A stretch of 32,000 nucleotides of DNA from Wallemia ichthyophaga EXF-994. Taxonomy: Eukaryota > Fungi > Basidiomycota. The notes under the pieces were generated by a model, which saw only the letters and a program-made list of their open reading frames with translations, was not told where the DNA came from and did not search any database. A program made the position numbers and the translations under genes. Shown piece by piece: positions 29,297 to 32,000 of this stretch. The stretch's first letter is position 1. Every line of letters starts with the position of its first letter. The DNA lies in NCBI RefSeq assembly GCF_000400465.1, contig NW_008806288.1, positions 60,001 through 92,000 of the forward strand, in the 5' to 3' direction.

Positions 29297-31012
29297 ATGA
29301 GCTCCGAAACAAACAGCTACGAGCCCTACAAGGACAGCCCACCGCCCGCGGCTCCACCCGAGCTCGTCAGGCTCAGTCCATCTCCCCCCGTCTCCAACGA
29401 CCACAGGAAACGCAGCAACAGTTTGATACTCAACATGGAGCCAGCAGAGTCTAGCGATTCCAGTATCGTGGATAATGCGTTGCTAGAGGCTGAGAAACGC
29501 AAACAGATTTACAGAGCGTCCGCCAAAATGGCTGCCGTTTTCTTCGCTTCTTTCGCTATACTTGCTCTCGTGCTCTACTTCAGCTGGCCTGAGATTGAAG
29601 AGTGAGTTGGGTTGACTAGCTCTAATCGCACTTCTCACATCACACGCCTCGCAGCGCCGACAAGCCATCGTTAAGAATCCCGAAATCATTTGAGCAACTA
29701 CAAGCATTAAATGCCCTTCTTAAAAAATACCGCAACCAACAAGGTCTTAGGATACTTATCTCTTGGACCGTCATTTACCTATTGTGAGTTGTTTACGGGG
29801 TGCAGATAACAAAAGTGATTGACACAATTTAACAGCCTTCAAGCATTCTCGTTACCTGGATCCATGTACCTTTCGATGCTAGCAGGCGCCGTCTGGGGAG
29901 CCGTCCCAACGCTGCCTTTGGTTTGCTGTACCGTCGCAACAGGTGCATCACTCTGCTACTTGATTTCAGCATCTCTTGGAGCTGTACTTCTCTCATTACC
30001 GCCCACCACAAAGTCTAAGGATGATACCAATTACCGTCACCTACGTCTCGAGTCAGATGCGGAACCATTTTTGCTCAACGAGGAGGCGCAATCCCCGACA
30101 TTACAGGCAGCTGTTCGAGAGGAGCACACAGGTGCAAGCCAGGAGTCAGAGGAGAAGCTCAATTGGTTCGATTCATTTAGGCTGAAGTTGGAACACTATC
30201 AAAACAAGATGAAGGGTCCAATCGAACGTGGCGATGTGTGGAGTTATTTGATTTTGCTTCGAATCGCACCACTTCCGCCACACTGGGTTTTAAATCTTGT
30301 TGCGCCACACATGGGTATCAGTTTATTCACATTCTGGGGCTCGACAGCGTTGGGTGTTGCCGGTGTTTCCACAATTCACGTTACAATCGGCAGTGGCTTA
30401 GATGGTATGACTAGCTCAGATGATTTCCACTTGTTCTCCATCAAGAACTTCCTAGGATTGGGCGCAGTCGTCCTTGCTGCGTTGATTCCAATCGCAATCA
30501 AGCACGCCAAGAAGAAGGATCTTGATAGCTTGGCGGGTATAGATGGCGAGCAGTTTGTTAGCCATCCAGACGACAATACCAACAGTGACTATCCACCTTC
30601 TTACCACCCAACGAGGAAGAATAGCCTAGTCAAACCGCCTCACGCAGCGGCAGCCACCGCACACCCAAACAACAGGTCAAGGTCGTCTTCCCGCTCTATT
30701 CTTCTCGATTCCACACCGTCTCAAGCTGATCACAAAAGAAATAACTCGACCAACTTGTCGCCTGTTCCTCCAGATGGTGTCAAAATGCAATCCTCACCAG
30801 CAGCACCATCGCCGCAGTTAATTATGCTGGGAACACCTCCTCCATTGTCATCTCCGGAGCTAATCAACTTTGACCAACCTTCCACACAACAGCAAAGAAA
30901 CATCTTCGCCAATTCATTCTCTGCAAACAACAGATTAAACCGCAACAACTTGAATTTCAGCGGGAAAAACAGAAAGAACAGCACTGATGAACATCCTCTC
31001 ACTCCCCTATAG
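29297..31012 (+). CDS. TVP38/TMEM41/DedA (VTT-domain) membrane protein, 2 introns
   Basis: Motifs FLQAFSLPGSMYLSMLAGAVWG, GASLCYLIS and LRIAPLPPHWVLN. Introns at 29602-29654 and 29784-29835. Confidence 0.9.
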
Positions 31013-31180
31013 TAAAATAGTACTTAATTCAGCTAACTTTTATCTTTCTCATTCTCATTCTAGAAGACCGAATTCTGGATAATGTACAGACACAATACAA
31101 ACAAAACAGTCAACACATGTAAAATCTTATTTACGATATGATAATGATTAACATCTTACTTTCATCGGCATTCTTGTCTA

Positions 31181-32000
31181 ATGGTTACATTGACAAAGGC
31201 TCACATCAGTGATGCTATCGAGAGCTTGATAGAAGATTATCAAGATTTTAACACGAGTTATGCGCAAGAATTTGACAGCTTTGATGAACTGCGTTCGGTC
31301 GTGCAGCACAACATACCTGCTCTTTTCAAAGGCGTTGCCAGGAATTGGGAGGCGAGGAGGAAGTGGGATGATGAGTACTTGTCAAACAGTGTACAAGGCG
31401 ACATAGAGATCGCCACCACACCTTACGGTAATGCTGATGCGCTTGTTGAAGTCGGTGATGATGTCTTCTTCGTCGAGCCGCTGAATCAACACATCTCGAT
31501 GGGCGACTTTTTGCAGAAGTTGCACAATAAAAAGGATGACGTGGTGTATCTGCAGTCTCAGAATGGCAACTTGGCGTTTGACGAGTTCGTGAAGCTTGGT
31601 CGAGATGTGCCGGCTTCTATAGCCCAGATGGAAGATATCATGGGATCGAAGCCCGATGCAGTCAATGTCTGGATGGGTGGGCCTGAGAGTGTCACAAGCT
31701 TGCACCATGACCCATACGAGAACATTTATGTTGTCGTGAGAGGTACAAAAACATTCAACCTGTTTCCGCCAACGGAAGAGTATTGCTTGGGATTTGAAAA
31801 GTATCGTCGTGGAAAATACATTCGAGACGCGTCAGGGAAGCTGATAGTAGAAGCACAAGACGAGCATGTTCCTTGGACGCCGATCGACCCATGTTTGAGC
31901 AAAGAGGAGAACATAGCGCGAGTGCCACAGTACAAACACTCGCGATGCATGACTGTCACCGTCAACGAGGGCGACGCGCTATATCTCCCAAGTGGCTGGT
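31181..32000 (+). CDS. JMJD7: JmjC/cupin-8 2-oxoglutarate oxygenase, JMJD7-like (3' partial; not in ORF track)
   Basis: Open frame from ATG 31181 to the window end: TPYGNADAL, YLQSQNGNL, DAVNVWMG, TSLHHDPYENIY (HxD) and VNEGDALYLPSGW. Confidence 0.9.
   Translation, partial: MVTLTKAHISDAIESLIEDYQDFNTSYAQEFDSFDELRSVVQHNIPALFKGVARNWEARRKWDDEYLSNSVQGDIEIATTPYGNADALVEVGDDVFFVEPLNQHISMGDFLQKLHNKKDDVVYLQSQNGNLAFDEFVKLGRDVPASIAQMEDIMGSKPDAVNVWMGGPESVTSLHHDPYENIYVVVRGTKTFNLFPPTEEYCLGFEKYRRGKYIRDASGKLIVEAQDEHVPWTPIDPCLSKEENIARVPQYKHSRCMTVTVNEGDALYLPSGW

Overview
This is a very compact, intron-rich fungal genomic window. Introns are mostly 42-66 nt GT-AG and intergenic gaps are often under 150 bp. The gene set is basidiomycete-like, and the architecture suggests Wallemia or a similar compact genome (inference). 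About 21 mostly housekeeping genes can be modelled by hand. From left to right they are: P5B ATPase (5' partial), PNP1, an 87-aa membrane protein, mitochondrial phosphate carrier, NiCoT nickel permease, Zn2Cys6 protein, SHR3, a 247-aa hypothetical, BioF ending in -SKL, a CTR copper transporter, a His-rich membrane protein, DAD4, SmD3, EMC5/MMgT, DCAF7-like WD40, CDH1, PPT1, an MscS-like channel, CMC1, TVP38/TMEM41 and JMJD7 (3' partial). Several of these (DAD4, EMC5, the 87-aa gene, JMJD7) are absent from the ORF track. The main discovery lies in the apparently gene-empty 24.3-28.8 kb interval between MscS and CMC1. It holds a same-strand tandem array of six tiny spliced genes (30-75 aa), each encoding one RanBP2/NZF-like Cys4 zinc finger. 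The consensus is W-x-C-x(1-2)-C-x10-C-x-N-x2-C-x3-[RK] in five of six copies. Three copies share an intron inside the same Asn codon and three have a 12-nt first coding exon, while the loop residues differ in nearly every copy. Also notable is extreme gene packing: two head-to-head pairs whose ATGs are only 22-23 bp apart, an 8-bp tail-to-tail gap and a 37-bp tandem gap. No rRNA, tRNA, CRISPR or transposon was recognised. All gene models are manual, and novelty cannot be confirmed without database searches.
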